From Eledone cirrhosa (Eukaryota): a DNA stretch of 64,000 nt. The notes under the pieces are model-generated. The model made no database searches and was not told the DNA's origin. It saw nothing but the letters and a program-made list of their open reading frames with translations. The position numbers were made by a program, and so were the translations under genes. This document shows positions 43,365 through 57,639 of the stretch, in pieces. The DNA lies in assembly GCA_964016885.1 (NCBI GenBank), contig OZ024743.1, positions 197,904,001 to 197,968,000 of the forward strand. The letters are read 5' to 3'. Numbering within the stretch: the first letter of the stretch is position 1; each line of letters opens with the position of its first letter.

Positions 43365-44670
43365 GCAGTGAATTGGCAAAGCTGTGAGAACGTCGGATAG
43401 AATACTTGAGGTATTCGTTCAAGCTCACTGCACTATGAGTTCAAATCCCACGGAGTTCAACTTTGCCTTTCATCCATTCAAGGCCGATAAATAAAGTACA
43501 TTTTCAGTACTGGGGTCAATTTTTCCTCTATACCTATTTTTCATTGTGTTTTTCTTCATCATATTGCATTTCTGTTTCAGTGGTCTTATTCGCGCCGGTC
43601 ACCAGTCTGGTATTGTGTCAAACCCACGAAGACTAAGCTCTTTTAGAAGTGGCCTTTACTCACCTCGTCATAGCTACGTCACTGGGTTGTGAGAGTCTTC
43701 ATGGGAGCTACTAGTGACACTTATTTCCACATCTCCTGTTGGTCCGGAGTTGCTTATTCGTCCGGCAGTTGCCCGCTGATATCGCAACTAGCCATCATAT
43801 CTAGTGACTGTATCAGCCACCTGTGACCCGTTCTCTAGCAGAACAGTTGGAACAGTAGGAGACGGCTGCTTTTGACAGGAGCTTCTGGAAGTAGTGTTTG
43901 AGGACTCTGCCACCATGATCCTCTCAGGAATATGTGGGAGAAGAAGAAGAAGAAGAAGAAGAAGAAGAAGAAGAAAGTCATATGGAAGCACTGTCGACCC
44001 CCAATTCTGAATCGATATTGTTTTATCGAGCTCGAAATGCAAAGTTGACATTGGCGGAATTTGAACTCAGAGTGCAGAAAACTGGAATGAACACCACAAA
44101 GTATTATTTCCAATGTTCTAATGAATTTTCCAATTCGTCACTTCCAACAATAAATAATCCAGAATATTTCTTTCTAGAAAGCGAGGAATTCGTACAGTCG
44201 TTAACACGTCGGATAGAACGCTTTACGGTATTAATTTCGGTTCTTTACTCTTTGCGTTCAAATTCTGCCGAGATCAACTTTACCTTTCATCTATTCGTGG
44301 TTGATAAAACAGTACCAGCCTAGTACTGGTGTTAATTTTTCCTCTATATCTCTTTCCCACTTCCTTTCTCTCACTTTCTGTATCCTTCTCTGGACGAAAT
44401 CTGCTGTATTCAGATTTGCAGAAGTGATGTGCTCCGACATGTTTAAAAATGGCTTAGAAACGCCTTATGTCAATACGGCGTCCCTAGTCACGTGACCATT
44501 TATGCAGCATGCATTTCTTTCTTATTATGACAAAGATCAGCAATTTGAGGAAAAGGAAAAGTCGATTATATAGACCCAGTGCTTAACTGGTATTTTATTT
44601 CATTGACCCCAACAAAGGCAACATCGACGGGATTTGAACTACTCTCTATTGATAATGCCAATTCCTCGCT
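43365..44670. mobile_element. Cluster of degenerate tRNA-SINEs, both strands
   Basis: gagttcaaatccc..gcctttcatcc (43438), gcaaagttgac..gaatttgaactcag (44040), gttcaaattctgccgag (44257), gggatttgaact (44628). Confidence 0.7.
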
Positions 44671-45384
44671 CTTACATATATATATATACCAAAATATTAA
44701 AAGCTGATGCAACTTTGTCTCACTATTTAAGTATATTCACCTCTGGACCTGACATTTCTTAAATGATTCATGTAACCTCTGTTTTCTTCGCCGTTTTTAT
44801 TTAATAACATTCTGTCACATTTACTTACTCTATTGCTGAAATGTTATAAGCCATGTCTTTTCGCTCTCTCCACCTCCTCTATCTCCTTACCTCTCTCATT
44901 TTCTCTATCTATGTTTCCATCTAGCATTATAAACTGTTTTCACCATCCACAACATCAACAAAACATAAATCCAACAACAGCAGCAATAATAACTCCAGCA
45001 ATAGAAATAGCAACAACAACAGCAGTAATAACTCCAACAAGAAAAATAACAACAACACCAGCAGTAATAACTCCAATAACAACAATAACAACAACAGCAG
45101 TAACAAGATCAATAACGACGACGATAACAACAGCCGCTACATCGACAACAACAACGACAACACAACCAACTCTACCACTACCACATCCTCACCACCACTA
45201 TCAAAACCACAACAACCACTATTACCCAATTGCACCACCACGACCATGACCACCACCAAAACAACAATTACTACTACTATCATATAAAATGACAAACACA
45301 TATTTCTTTCAATTTTATAATGACAAATGCAACAGCAACAAGAACAACAGTCAGATGAAAAGTAACATAAGTAATAACAACAAC

Positions 45385-47480
45385 AAAAAACATCAGTAAT
45401 AGCGACAACAACAACAACGAAAGCAATAACAACAACAAAAAACATCAGTAATAGCGACAATAATAACAACAAAAGCAATAACAACAACAAAAAACATTAG
45501 TAATAGCGACAACAATAATAACAAAAGCAATAACAACAACAAAAAACATCAGTAGTAGCGACAACAATAATAACAACAAAAGCAATAACAACAACAAAAA
45601 ACATCAATAGTAGCGACAAAAATAACAACAAAAGCAATAACAACAACAAAAAACATCAGTAGTAGCGACAAAAATAACAACAAAAGCAATAACAACAACA
45701 AAAAACATCAGTAATAGCGACAACAATATATAACAACAAAAGCAATAACAACAACAAAAAACATCAGTAATAGTGACAACAATCATAACAATAAAAGCAA
45801 TAACAACAACAAAAAACATCAGTAATAGCGACAACAACAACAAAAGCAATAACAACAACAAAAAACATCAGTAATAGCGACAACAACAACAACAAAAGCA
45901 ATAACAACAACAACAAAAATCAGTAATAGCGACAACAACAACAACAAAAGCAATAACAACAACAAAAAACATCAGTAATAGCGACAACAACAACAAAAGC
46001 AATAACAACAACAAAAAACATCAGTAATAGCGACAACAACAACAACAAAAGCAATAACAACAACAAAAAACATCAGTAATAGCGACAACAACAACAACAA
46101 AATCAATAACAACAACAAAAAACATCAGTAATAGTGACAACAATCATAACAACAAAAGCAATAACAACAACAAAAAACATCAGTAATAGCGACAACAACA
46201 ACAAAAGCAATAACAACAACAAAAAACATCAGTAATAGCGACAACAATAATAACAACAAAAGCAATAACAACAACAAAAAACATCAGTAATAGCGACAAC
46301 AACAATAACAAGAAAAACATCAGTAATAGCGACAACAACAACGAAAGCAATAACAACAACAAAAAACATCAGTAGTAGCGACAACAATAACAACAAAAGC
46401 AATAACAACAACAAAAAACATCAGTAATAGCGACAATAATAACAACAAAAGCAATAACAACAACAAAAAACATTAGTAATAGCGACAACAATAATAACAA
46501 AAGCAATAACAACAACAAAAAACATCAGTAGTAGCAACAACAATAACAACAAAAGCAATAACAACAACAAAAAACATCAGTAATAGCGACAACAATAATA
46601 ACAACAAAAGCAATAACAACAACAAAAAACATCAGTAGTAGCGACACAAATAACAACAAAAGCAATAACAACAACAAAAAACATCAGTAATAGCGACAAC
46701 AATATATAACAACAAAAGGAATAACAACAACAAAAAACATCAGTAATAGCGACAACAACAACGAAAGCAATAACAACAACAAAAAACATCAGTAGTAGCG
46801 ACAACAATAACAACAAAAGCAATAACAACAACAAAAAACATCAGTAATAGCGACAATAATAACAACAAAAGCAATAACAACAACAAAAAAACATTAGTAA
46901 TAGCGACAACAATAATAACAAAAGCAATAACAACAACAAAAAACATCAGTAGTAGCAACAACAATAACAACAAAAGCAATAACAACAACAAAAAACATCA
47001 GTAATAGCGACAACAATAATAACAACAAAAGCAATAACAACAACAAAAAACATCAGTAGTAGCGACACAAATAACAACAAAAGCAATAACAACAACAAAA
47101 AACATCAGTAATAGCGACAACAATATATAACAACAAAAGGAATAACAACAACAAAAAACATCAGTAATAGCGACAACAACAAAAGCAATAACAACAACAA
47201 AAAACATCAGTAATAGCGACAACAACAACAAAAGCAATAACAACAACAAAAAACATCAGTAATAGCGACAACAACAACAACAAAAGCAATAACAACAACA
47301 AAAACATCAGTAATAGCGACAGCAACAACAACAAAAGCAATAACAACAACAAAAAACATCAGTAATAGCGACAACAACAACAAAAGCAATAACAACAACA
47401 AAAAACATCAGTAATAGCGACAACAACAACAAAAGCAATAACAACAACAAAAAACATCAGTAATAGCGACAACAACAACA
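45385..47480. repeat. AAC-rich minisatellite, ~50-bp unit, roughly 40 copies
   Basis: Unit aaaaaacatcagtaatagcgacaac(aac)n aaaagcaataacaacaac. Confidence 0.95.
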
Positions 47481-48310
47481 AAAGCAATAACAACAACAAT
47501 AACATCATCAGTATTAACATCAATAACAACAGCATTAACAACAACAGCAACAAAAACAACAACAACAACAACAACAGCAACAACGACAACAACAATACTG
47601 TCAAAGTACTAAAATAAGAAAGACTAATATTGGCAGCTGAAAATACTGTTGCTTTTCAAAGCGAAATGATGAAACAAATTGTTGAGAATGAAATGAAATA
47701 ATGAATAAAATAAAAATAATGTGATAAAGTAAAATAAATAAAAACAAAATCGAGTAAAACAAAGATAAAATAAAAAAAACACCAACAACAACAAAGAAAC
47801 ACCATTAAAAAATTACAACAACAGCAATATAACAGTTAAATAAACGAAACAGGTAAGCAGGAGAGCATCAATTAGGAAGGTGACAAATAAACGGAAAGAA
47901 AGTACAGAGAAAGAAAAGAAAGGGGAAAATTATAGGAAAAAACGAAAGAATATAGGAAGTTAAAAGGAAATAAGGGAGATAATTGCAAAAATATAGGGAG
48001 GGTATTTTGTGTATTTTTGACAGTTGCAGTAGATTGTAGAGTGAGGTTGTCTTCCATTTGTTGTTCTTTGATATTGTTGTAACATCATTTGTGTTCGATA
48101 ACTGTTGATTGGGATATTAGAATGATAGAATATAGTTGAATATGTCAAGATAGATAGTTCAAATGGTAGTTAAATTCGAAATACATATTAATACACAAAA
48201 TACTTTTACATGTACGAGCACACACAGACACATACGAACATAACCACATTTAAATGTGTACGTATGTATGTATATATGTGGATATATGGGTATAGGTGTG
48301 CATGTGAGTT

Positions 48311-48380
<70 letters not shown>

Positions 48381-48484
48381 TACACTCATACAGACAAACA
48401 TCTGTATGTATATATGTATATGTATATATATACATATATAGATATAAATATATATATATGTATATATATAAATATATATATATA

Positions 48485-48916
48485 TAAGAACAAAAGATGG
48501 TTAAAAGAGTTCCATGTATTTTATTATGCGCATTTCAAAAACAAATATCATCATGCAATAATATTTGTGTTTTCATCAGATAAAACAGGAAGACATGATA
48601 TGAAGGTTAAAAAACACTTGTGGATAGTGCAGTTTTAAATCAACATCTGGAACTGACATTTCTTAAATGATTCATGTGTTTTTTAACCTTCATATCATGT
48701 CTTCCTCTTTCATCTGATGAAAACACAAATATTATTGCACAAATATTATTGCATGATGATATTTGATTTTGAAATGCGCATAATAAAATACATGGAACTC
48801 TTTTAACCATCTTTTGTTCTTATATATTATGTATACTCCAGTCCTACAAACTGTAGAGTGCTTCTTATCCGATATCTGCATTGCTTTATTGTACTACAAT
48901 AAAACTCACCTCCTAC

Positions 48917-48920
<4 letters not shown>
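48485..48920. mobile_element. Fold-back Penelope-type fragment with two HHRs (family of 35233-36158)
   Basis: 48485-48617 inverted at 48676-48825; HHRs at 48519-48585(-) and 48708-48788(+); 48863-48920 matches 36101-36158. Confidence 0.8.
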
Positions 48921-48966
<46 letters not shown>

Positions 48967-49014
48967 TATGTATGTATACGTACATACATATATGTATACA
49001 GACGTACAGTGGCA

Positions 49015-49100
<86 letters not shown>

Positions 49101-49250
49101 CAGGTACACATACATATATGCACGCATCAGTTTAGCGGACGCTTATTATAACGCCGCTTTGTTCGTTTGTAAACAAACTGAACAGCCTGAATTTATGCCA
49201 TACGGTGTTAAGGCAACCACGTCACCTTTTTGTTCAACACTGACACAGGA

Positions 49251-49293
49251 ACGATGTACTAGTTTCAAGCTTGTTAGCTATCATCAGCACCGT
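49251..49293 (-). ncRNA. Type I hammerhead ribozyme, array unit 1 (also 49755-49797, 50249-50291, 50723-50765)
   Basis: acggtg CTGATGA t-agct-aaca-agct-t GAAA ctag TA^ catcgt; palindromic stem III ACTAGT. Confidence 0.85.
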
Positions 49294-49528
49294 ATACCCA
49301 TCTGCCAGATAGTTGAACGTTCGAAAGTATATACTTTCCTTATGAAAATTAACGGCTGAACAGCCTAATTTGCATATTGAGTGAGTTAAATCGGTCAGGC
49401 ATACCGAAAACGATAAGTTGGAAAAAATGAAAACGAAATTTCATTTCTCCCTCTTAGTATAGCACTTACTTAAATGTAAGTATGTATGTATACGTACATA
49501 CATATATGTATACAGACGTACAGTAGCA

Positions 49529-49604
<76 letters not shown>

Positions 49605-50032
49605 CATGTACACATACATATATGCACGCATCAGTTTAGCGGACGCTTATTATAACGCCGCTTTGTTCGTTTGTAAACAAACTGAACAGCCTCAATTTAT
49701 GCCATACGGTGTTAAGGCAACCACGTCACCTTTTTGTTCAACACTGACACAGGAACGATGTACTAGTTTCAAGCTTGTTAGCTATCATCAGCACCGTATA
49801 CCCATCTGCCAGATAGTTGAACGTTCGAAAGTATATACTTTCCTTATGAAAATTAACGGCTGAGCAGCCCAATTTGCATATTGAATGAGTTAAATCGGTC
49901 AGGCATACCGAAAACGATAAGTTGAAAAAAATGAAAACGAAATTTAATTTCTCACTCTTAGTATGGCACTTTCTTAAATGTAAGTATGTATGTATACGTA
50001 CATACATATATGTATACAGACGTACAGTAGCA

Positions 50033-50098
<66 letters not shown>

Positions 50099-50526
50099 CA
50101 TGTACACATACATATATGCACGCATCAGTTTAGCGGACGCTTATTATAACGCCGCTTTGTTCGTTTGTAAACAAACTGAACAGCCTCAATTTATGCCATA
50201 CGGTGCTAAGGCAACCACGTCACCTTTTTGTTCAACACTGACACAGGAACGATGTACTAGTTTCAAGCTTGTTAGCTATCATCAGCACCGTATACCCATC
50301 TGCCAGATAGTTGAACGTTCGAAAGTATATACTTTCCTTATGAAAATTAACGGCTGAGCAGCCCAATTTGCATATTGAATGAGTTAAATCGGTCAGGCAT
50401 ACCGAAAACGATAAGTTGAAAAAAATGAAAACGAAATTTAATTTCTCACTCTTAGTATGGAACTTTCTTAAATGTAAGTATGTATGTATACGTACATACA
50501 TATATGTATACAGACGTACAGTAGCA

Positions 50527-50575
<49 letters not shown>

Positions 50576-50951
50576 GTACACATACATATATGCACGCATC
50601 AGTTTAGCGGACGCTTATTATAACGCCGCTTTGTTCGTTTGTAAACAAACTGAACAGCCTCAATTTATGCCATACGGTGTTAAGGCAACCACGTCACCTT
50701 TTTGTTCAACACTGACACAGGAACGATGTACTAGTTTCAAGCTTGTTAGCTATCATCAGCACCGTATACCCATCTGCCAGATAGTTAAACGTTCGAAAGT
50801 ATATACTTTCCTTATGAAAATTAACGGCTGAGCAGCCTAATTCGCATATTGAGTGAGTTAAATCGGTCAGGCATACCGAAAACGATAAGTTGATAATTTT
50901 CATAAGGAAAGTATATACTTTCGAACGTTCAACTATCTGGCAGATGGGTAT

Positions 50952-50994
50952 ACGGTGCTGATGATAGCTAACAAGCTTGAAACTAGTACATCGT
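50952..50994 (+). ncRNA. Type I hammerhead ribozyme, inverted units (also 52049-52091; 51601-51637 lacks stem I 5' strand)
   Basis: Identical motif read on the + strand. Confidence 0.85.
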
Positions 50995-51167
50995 TCCTGT
51001 GTCAGTGTTGAACAAAAAGGTGACGTGGTTGCCTTAACACCGTATGGCATAAATTCAGGCTGTTCAGTTTGTTTACAAACGAACAAAGCAGCGTTATAAT
51101 AAGCGTCCGCTAAACTGATGCGTGCATATATGTATGTGTACCTGTATGTATATATATATATTTTATC

Positions 51168-51452
51168 TATCTAAGGCGGGTAAAATTCCCGAGATCCATG
51201 GACGAGTTCTCTCCAGCGGTCTCTGTCCCTCATTATCGCTGCCATATCCTGCATCTCCAACAGACCAGTGTCTGTCCTTAGGGCATCAACATATGTTAAC
51301 CTTGGTCTTCCTCTTCTAGTGTGTCCATGTAGGGGCTCCCAAAGGATCACTGAGTGCAATGTCAACTCTGGATGTCGGTGAGCATGTCCAGCCAACCTCA
51401 GTCTCCTCTGTGTCACTTTTGAGCTGACTTTTGGGATGCTCCCATACAGCTC
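51168..51452 (-). mobile_element. RTE LINE 3' end inserted into the array
   Basis: ELYGSIPKVSSKVTQRRLRLAGH..RRGRPRLTYVD; close relative of 26945-27225. Confidence 0.85.
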
Positions 51453-52241
51453 AATATATATATGCATGCTACTGTACGTCTGTATACATATATGTATGTA
51501 CGTATACATACATACTTACATTTAAGTAAGTGCCATACTAAGAGTGAGAAATGAAATTTCGTTTTCATTTTTTTCAACTTATCGTTTTCGGTATGCCTGA
51601 CTGATGATAGCTAACAAGCTTGAAACTAGTACATCGTTCCTGTGTCAGTGTTGAACAAAAAGGTGACGTGGTTGCCTTAACACCGTATGGCATAAATTCA
51701 GGCTGTTCAGTTTGTTTATAAACGAACAAAGCGGCGTTATAATAAGCGTCCGCTAAACTGATGCGTGCATATATGTATGTGTACCTGTATGTATATATAT
51801 ATATATATATGCATGCTACTGTACGTCTGTATACATATATGTATGTACGTATACATACATACTTACATTTAAGTAAGTGCCATACTAAGAGTGAGAAATA
51901 AAATTTGGTTTTCATTTTTTTCAGCTTATCGTTTTCGGTATGCCTGACCGATTTAACTCACTCAATATGCAAATTAGGCTGCTCAGCCGTTAATTTTCAT
52001 AAGGAAAGTATATACTTTCGAATGTTCAACTATCTGGCAGATGGGTATACGGTGCTGATGATAGCTAACAAGCTTGAAACTAGTACATCGTTCCTGTGTC
52101 AGTGTTGAACAAAAATGTGACGTGGTTGCCTTAACACCGTATGGCATAAATTCAGGCTGTTCAGTTTGTTTACAAACGAACAAAGCGGCGTTATAATAAG
52201 CGTCCGCTAAACTGATGCGTGCATATATGTATGTGTACCTG

Positions 52242-52303
<62 letters not shown>

Positions 52304-52413
52304 TGCTACTGTACGTCTGTATACATATATGTATGTACGTATACATACATACTTACATTTAAGTAAGTGCCATACTAAGAGTGAGAAATGAAATTTCGTT
52401 TTCCTTTTTTCAA

Positions 52414-52451
<38 letters not shown>

Positions 52452-52456
<5 letters not shown>

Positions 52457-52886
52457 TAAAATAACAGATTAAAGTTTAAGCAAAGAATCGCTGCTTTCAC
52501 CCTTAACGGGATCTTCTGAAACTAACAAAGTCAATCTGTAAACGCAGAAGTGGATATTTAAAAAAACATTGCAACCGGAGGCAGACAGGAAGACGATCCT
52601 TTGGTTCGTGGAAACGTTCGCTGGCAAAGAACGGGAAAAAAACGAATATAATACGTCATTATTTGGAGCAGTGAAAAACAATTACGCTCAAAGACAGAAG
52701 CACGTTTATGGTATAAAAGAAGTCGTAGAATATATATATATAGTAATTATATATAATAAATTTGAAGACTAAAATCTAAAGAGGGCTCGATAAGGATAAA
52801 TATATATCAAATATATAAGTTTCTGAAGATCCCGTTAAGGGTGAAAGCAGCGATTCTTTGCTGAAACTTTAATCTGTTATTTTAAT
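52452..52886. mobile_element. Fold-back fragment with HHR-like motifs at 52473-52523(-) and 52817-52869(+)
   Basis: agttt C(A/T)GAAGA tccc-gttaa-gggt GAAA gcag-cgattct-ttgc T(T/G) aaact. Confidence 0.7.
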
Positions 52887-52892
52887 AAATAA

Positions 52893-52996
<104 letters not shown>

Positions 52997-53097
52997 TATA
53001 TGAAGAGACTTTTTATTAATTGCATATTATAGAATACTTATTTTGTATATACAGTTGTACTCCCCGCCCCATAATGCATATATACATATATATATAT

Positions 53098-53892
53098 AGC
53101 GGCGATGAATTAGTTTAGCGAGGTTTTTTATATGAAATCGTGTGTCGAAACAAATATTGTTATACTTGGGGAGGGTCATATTTGTGTAATATTGCCAGAA
53201 TTAATAACAGAACACACTCACACACTAACTGTTTGGTTGGTTTTCGCTTCTCGCTGTCTTTTATATCTGCGATCTAACTTAATCGGTCCTCAATGTTGCC
53301 ATTGACTGACCGATGGTCAAAAATAATACAGATACAATATAGACACAAACACACATATATAGTTTACATAATTTACATAAATCTTTCGTTGCACATCTGC
53401 AACATCGTCAGTGGTGTTATATTTTTCCTCCTGTTGTGTTGTATGTCTACGCCATTTTTTATTCAGTCTGACTATATATTTATTTATTTATTTGCTTGTT
53501 TGTTTATCTTATTTTGTCTTCTTTGCGCATGCGTTTGCGTGTGTGTACAGTGTTGTGTGTGCTGTGTGACTAGTGTGTATAGTGTTGTGTCTGCTGGGTG
53601 ACTAGTGTGTGTTTATGTGCTTGTTGTTATTGTGCTTGTGTATGTATTTATTTATCTTATTTTATTTTATTTTATTTTATTTATTTACTTATTTATACTT
53701 CTCTTAGGTCAGTGTTGTTTGTTTGGGTGTTGTTGTTGTTCCACTCATTCTTTCTGTTTAGCTTTGGTCTTCTAATTTCTATTTCACTGGCCTCTCTGAT
53801 TTGCCTATCTGCTGGGTCATTCCTATGTTTAGATATTATTCTAATTTCTATGTTGTCTATGTTACCGTCATGTATACCCCAAGTATAACAAT
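53098..53892 (-). mobile_element. 5'-truncated Penelope-like element retaining GIY-YIG C-terminus and HHR-like motif
   Basis: IRIISKHRNDPADRQIREASEIEIRRPKLNRKNEW; CTGACGA tgttgca-gatg-tgcaac GAAA at 53374-53415(-); short inverted end cccaagtataacaata. Confidence 0.7.
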
Positions 53893-53950
53893 ATATATAT
53901 ATATATATATATACATACATATATATATATATATATATATTGATATACAT

Positions 53951-53981
<31 letters not shown>

Positions 53982-55380
53982 CAGTGTGCCCCGCAAAAGT
54001 TTACAACACATTTATTAAATCATCTCTAAATATTTCGTAGCGTAACCTTTGTTGCTAATTACAGCCTGTAGGCGTTTGGAGTAGCTTCTTGCATGTTTCT
54101 TGGCTAATATTTATCCATTCTTCACAACAAATTTTCTTTAGTTCAGGGATATTTTGGGGTTTCCTTTTTTGAATTTTCTCCACAAATTTTCGATCGGGTT
54201 AAGATCTGGAGACTGACATGGCCATTTTAGAACATTTATTCCATTCGTACTTAACCAAGATTGTGTTAGCTTTGCAGTATGCTTTGGATTGTTATCTTGT
54301 TGAAAAAACCAACCTGGCTTTAAGCTGAGAGAATGTGCACTTTGATGTAAATTCCTTTGCAAAATACCTCTATAATAAGCGCCACCCATTCTTCCTTCTA
54401 TTATTTCAATATTTCCTACACCTGTAGCACTAAAGCAACCCCAGACCATGACTGATCCACCTCCAAATTTTACAGTTGGAATAGTATTCTTCGGCGAATA
54501 TTTAGTACCTTTCTTTCTCCAGACTTTTGCAACAGCATTTCGACCAAAAAGTTCAATTTTTGTTTCGTCCGACTAAAGTATATCTTCCCAAAATGACGCA
54601 GGTTTGATGAGATGCTCATTTGCAAAGTTTAATCGACGAAGAACGTGTTTCCTCGTAAGAAGTGGTGTTTTCCTTGGAGACCTCGAGAAGATATCATATC
54701 GACGAAGTGAACGACTAATTGTATCTGTGCTCACTTTTACTCCACTTTCTTCTAGGTCATCCTAAAGATTTTTAAGAGTACACCGGGGTTCGTTGCCAAC
54801 CTTTCTCGTCAATAACCGAGCTGCACGTTCCGTTATCTTTCTAGGACAACCAGAACTAATTAGAGGACAGATGGAATGATGAGATTTCCAGTGACGAATT
54901 ATAGTACCAACTGAACTCAATAGCACATTTAACTGACAAGATATCTTTCTATAACCAACACCATTTGTATGAAGGTCTACAATGCGTTTACGGAGGTCTT
55001 CATCAATCAGTTTATTTTTCCCCATGTTGTCAATGTTTACAGGATGGTTGCCAGACAAATAATGACGTAATGTTTTTAATAGTCCTTAGAAGTTACCTTA
55101 AACCTAATCTAGAGCATTCTACTGAATTTTATATCTGAAAATTTAAGAATTTTCTTGAAAAAAAGCGATAAATATAAAATGTGTTGTAAACTTTTGCGTT
55201 ATAAAAATATTGATTTTTCTTCATGAGTTATTTCCTTGTTATTTTTTTAAAATTATGATTGTATCATTAAATTCCTCATTATATGTTCTATCAGTAGTTA
55301 AATTTTCATTACCCTAATTTTATTAAAACTACCTAAAACTGCATTTTTCCTAATGTGTTGTAAACTTTTGCGGGGCACTG
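53982..55380 (-). mobile_element. Tc1-like DNA transposon, defective
   Basis: TIRs cagtg(tg)ccccgcaaaagtttacaacaca / tgtgttgtaaacttttgcggggcactg, TA flanks, inner direct repeat at ~55178-55198. Confidence 0.92.
54138..55025 (-). pseudogene. Tc1 DD34E transposase with in-frame stops
   Basis: MGKNKLIDEDLRKRIV HTH, *SDETKIELFG, MVWGCFS, FQQDNNPKH, SPDLNPIENLW. Confidence 0.92.
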
Positions 55381-55492
55381 TATATATATAATTCCAATTG
55401 GTCATCTAAACCTATTCAAACATGTCAACACAGGCACAAGTGTTCATATATAATTATTATACATACATAAACACATACAAGTATTGATATAC

Positions 55493-55554
<62 letters not shown>

Positions 55555-55575
55555 TAACGGTGTGCTTCTGTGTTT

Positions 55576-55645
<70 letters not shown>

Positions 55646-56552
55646 TTATATATTTGTGTACAGTATATATATAGTAATAATAATAAATTTGAAGACTAAA
55701 ATCCAAAGAGGGCTTGATAAGGATAAATATATATCAAATATATAAGAACTGTAGAGCAAATATTTATTAAAATAACAGATTAAAGTTTATGCAAAGAATC
55801 GCTGCTTTCACCCTTAACGGGATCTTCTGAAACTAACAAAATCAATCTGTAAACGCAGAAGTGGATATTTCAAAAAACGTTGCAACCGGAGGAAGACAGG
55901 AAGACGATACTTTGGTTCGTGGCAAAGAACGGGAAAAAAACGAATATAATACGTCATTAATAGGAGGGCTGGAAAACAATTACGCGCAAAGACAGAACCA
56001 CGTTTATGGTATAAAAGAGGTGGTAGACTAATGTTCTCTTAGGTGGTGCATAGAGACGTTCTCTGGCAATAAACGAAAAAAACGAAGATAATACGTCATA
56101 AGTGGAGCGTGGAGAACAATAGCACGCAAAGACAAAACCGCGAAAATGGTATAGCAGAAGTCGTAGACTAAAATTCTAACTAGGAGACCGAATGAATCTC
56201 CGCTACAGAGTTAAGAACAAAGTAAATAAATTCAATACAGAAGTAATAGAAATAAATAAATACATACACGCAAACAAATACTTACATACACAAGCATACG
56301 CAAAACACTTACCATAGGTATACAAAACCACGCACATATAAATATGTGTGTGTGTGTATGCGTGTATACAAATAAATAAATAAATATATAAACGTATATA
56401 AATAAATAAATACGTATATAACAAGCGGACACACATACCTACATGTAAATACACGAAAGTCAACCAAAACATTCTTCTCATTTCTGTTTATAATATATGT
56501 ATTAATGTCCATATATATATATATTTACTTACAAGCATTTATTCCTATATGA

Positions 56553-56630
<78 letters not shown>

Positions 56631-57639
56631 GGACATTAATACATATATTATAAACAGAAATGAGGAGAATGTAAATGACTTATTAGGAAAAAATATGCTA
56701 CTTATCTAAAATAGACTTAGAAAATATAACAGTGACTTTTGTGTGGCAATAGAACACTGAGAAAATATGAGTTGTGTACGGGTTAGATGTAGTTAATTAA
56801 AGTCTAAAAGTTTCAGAGGTAAATAGGTTTGGAATAGCGACAGGAAGCAAACTATTTTCCATAAACATTTGAATTAATACTTTTCTTTTTACTAAATTAT
56901 TTCTACCACTAAGTAAGAATGGAACTAATTTAGAACTGTAATCTGCGTTGTACTTAAAACAATCATTTCTATTGCCTTAAATTTTAATATTTAGCCCTCC
57001 CCCCTCCCCTCCACACACACTGACCATCAAAATCTAAGAATTAGTATGGTAGGTGGATTGTTAATAGTATCTTTACTGGTGGACATATCCTTGTGAATAT
57101 TTCTAAAATTATCTATTAACACTCAGCAATGATTTAGCGAAAAATATCAAAAAATCACTTCGTTAATTGAAATGTTTATAATATCTTTACTATTGGACAG
57201 ATCATTGTAAAAAATTCCAGTAGTATCTATTGATATCATGTAATGATGTATCAAAATGCATCTAACAACTAATTTGTTAAATCAAATATTTATAGTGTAT
57301 TTACTGGTGGACAGATCATCGTGAACATCTACGGTAAAGTAAAGTCAAAACTTCTATTTTTAATGTAATATCGTCACGGTACTGTTTTGTACTTGACAAG
57401 AATATTTTTCTAATTCGTTTTTATGTGAATCAGGACGTTAAAAGTTTCTATTGTCGGAACTTCTTTTCTGGTTCTTTATTAGATCCGGCTATAAGGACCA
57501 GATCATGTTCAGGGAAACGTTCATCGTCAGCCGGGCTAAAACTCCTCTGTTATAGCCTGGAGAACTATCACGAATAGTAGTGGGTTATGAACCGAACCCT
57601 GATAAACACCTACCTGTACTTTGGATTACTCACTAAACT

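Larger units (their letters stand above)
48965..52420. repeat. Retrozyme-like array: ~0.47-0.50 kb HHR-bearing units, four tandem then three inverted
   Basis: Near-identical units separated by variable (TA)n; inversion junction at ~50893. Confidence 0.9.

Noticed and set aside
45385-47480. CRISPR-like periodicity
   Set aside because: No unique spacers, no cas genes, eukaryotic context; it is a minisatellite
49301-49340. Second, opposite-strand HHR in the array unit (GAAAgtatatacTTTC palindrome)
   Set aside because: No CUGANGA with pairing stems I and II found on either strand
49009-52183. Repeated [22 protein letters not shown]...
   Set aside because: Starts inside (TA)n, no recognisable motif; recurrence only reflects unit identity
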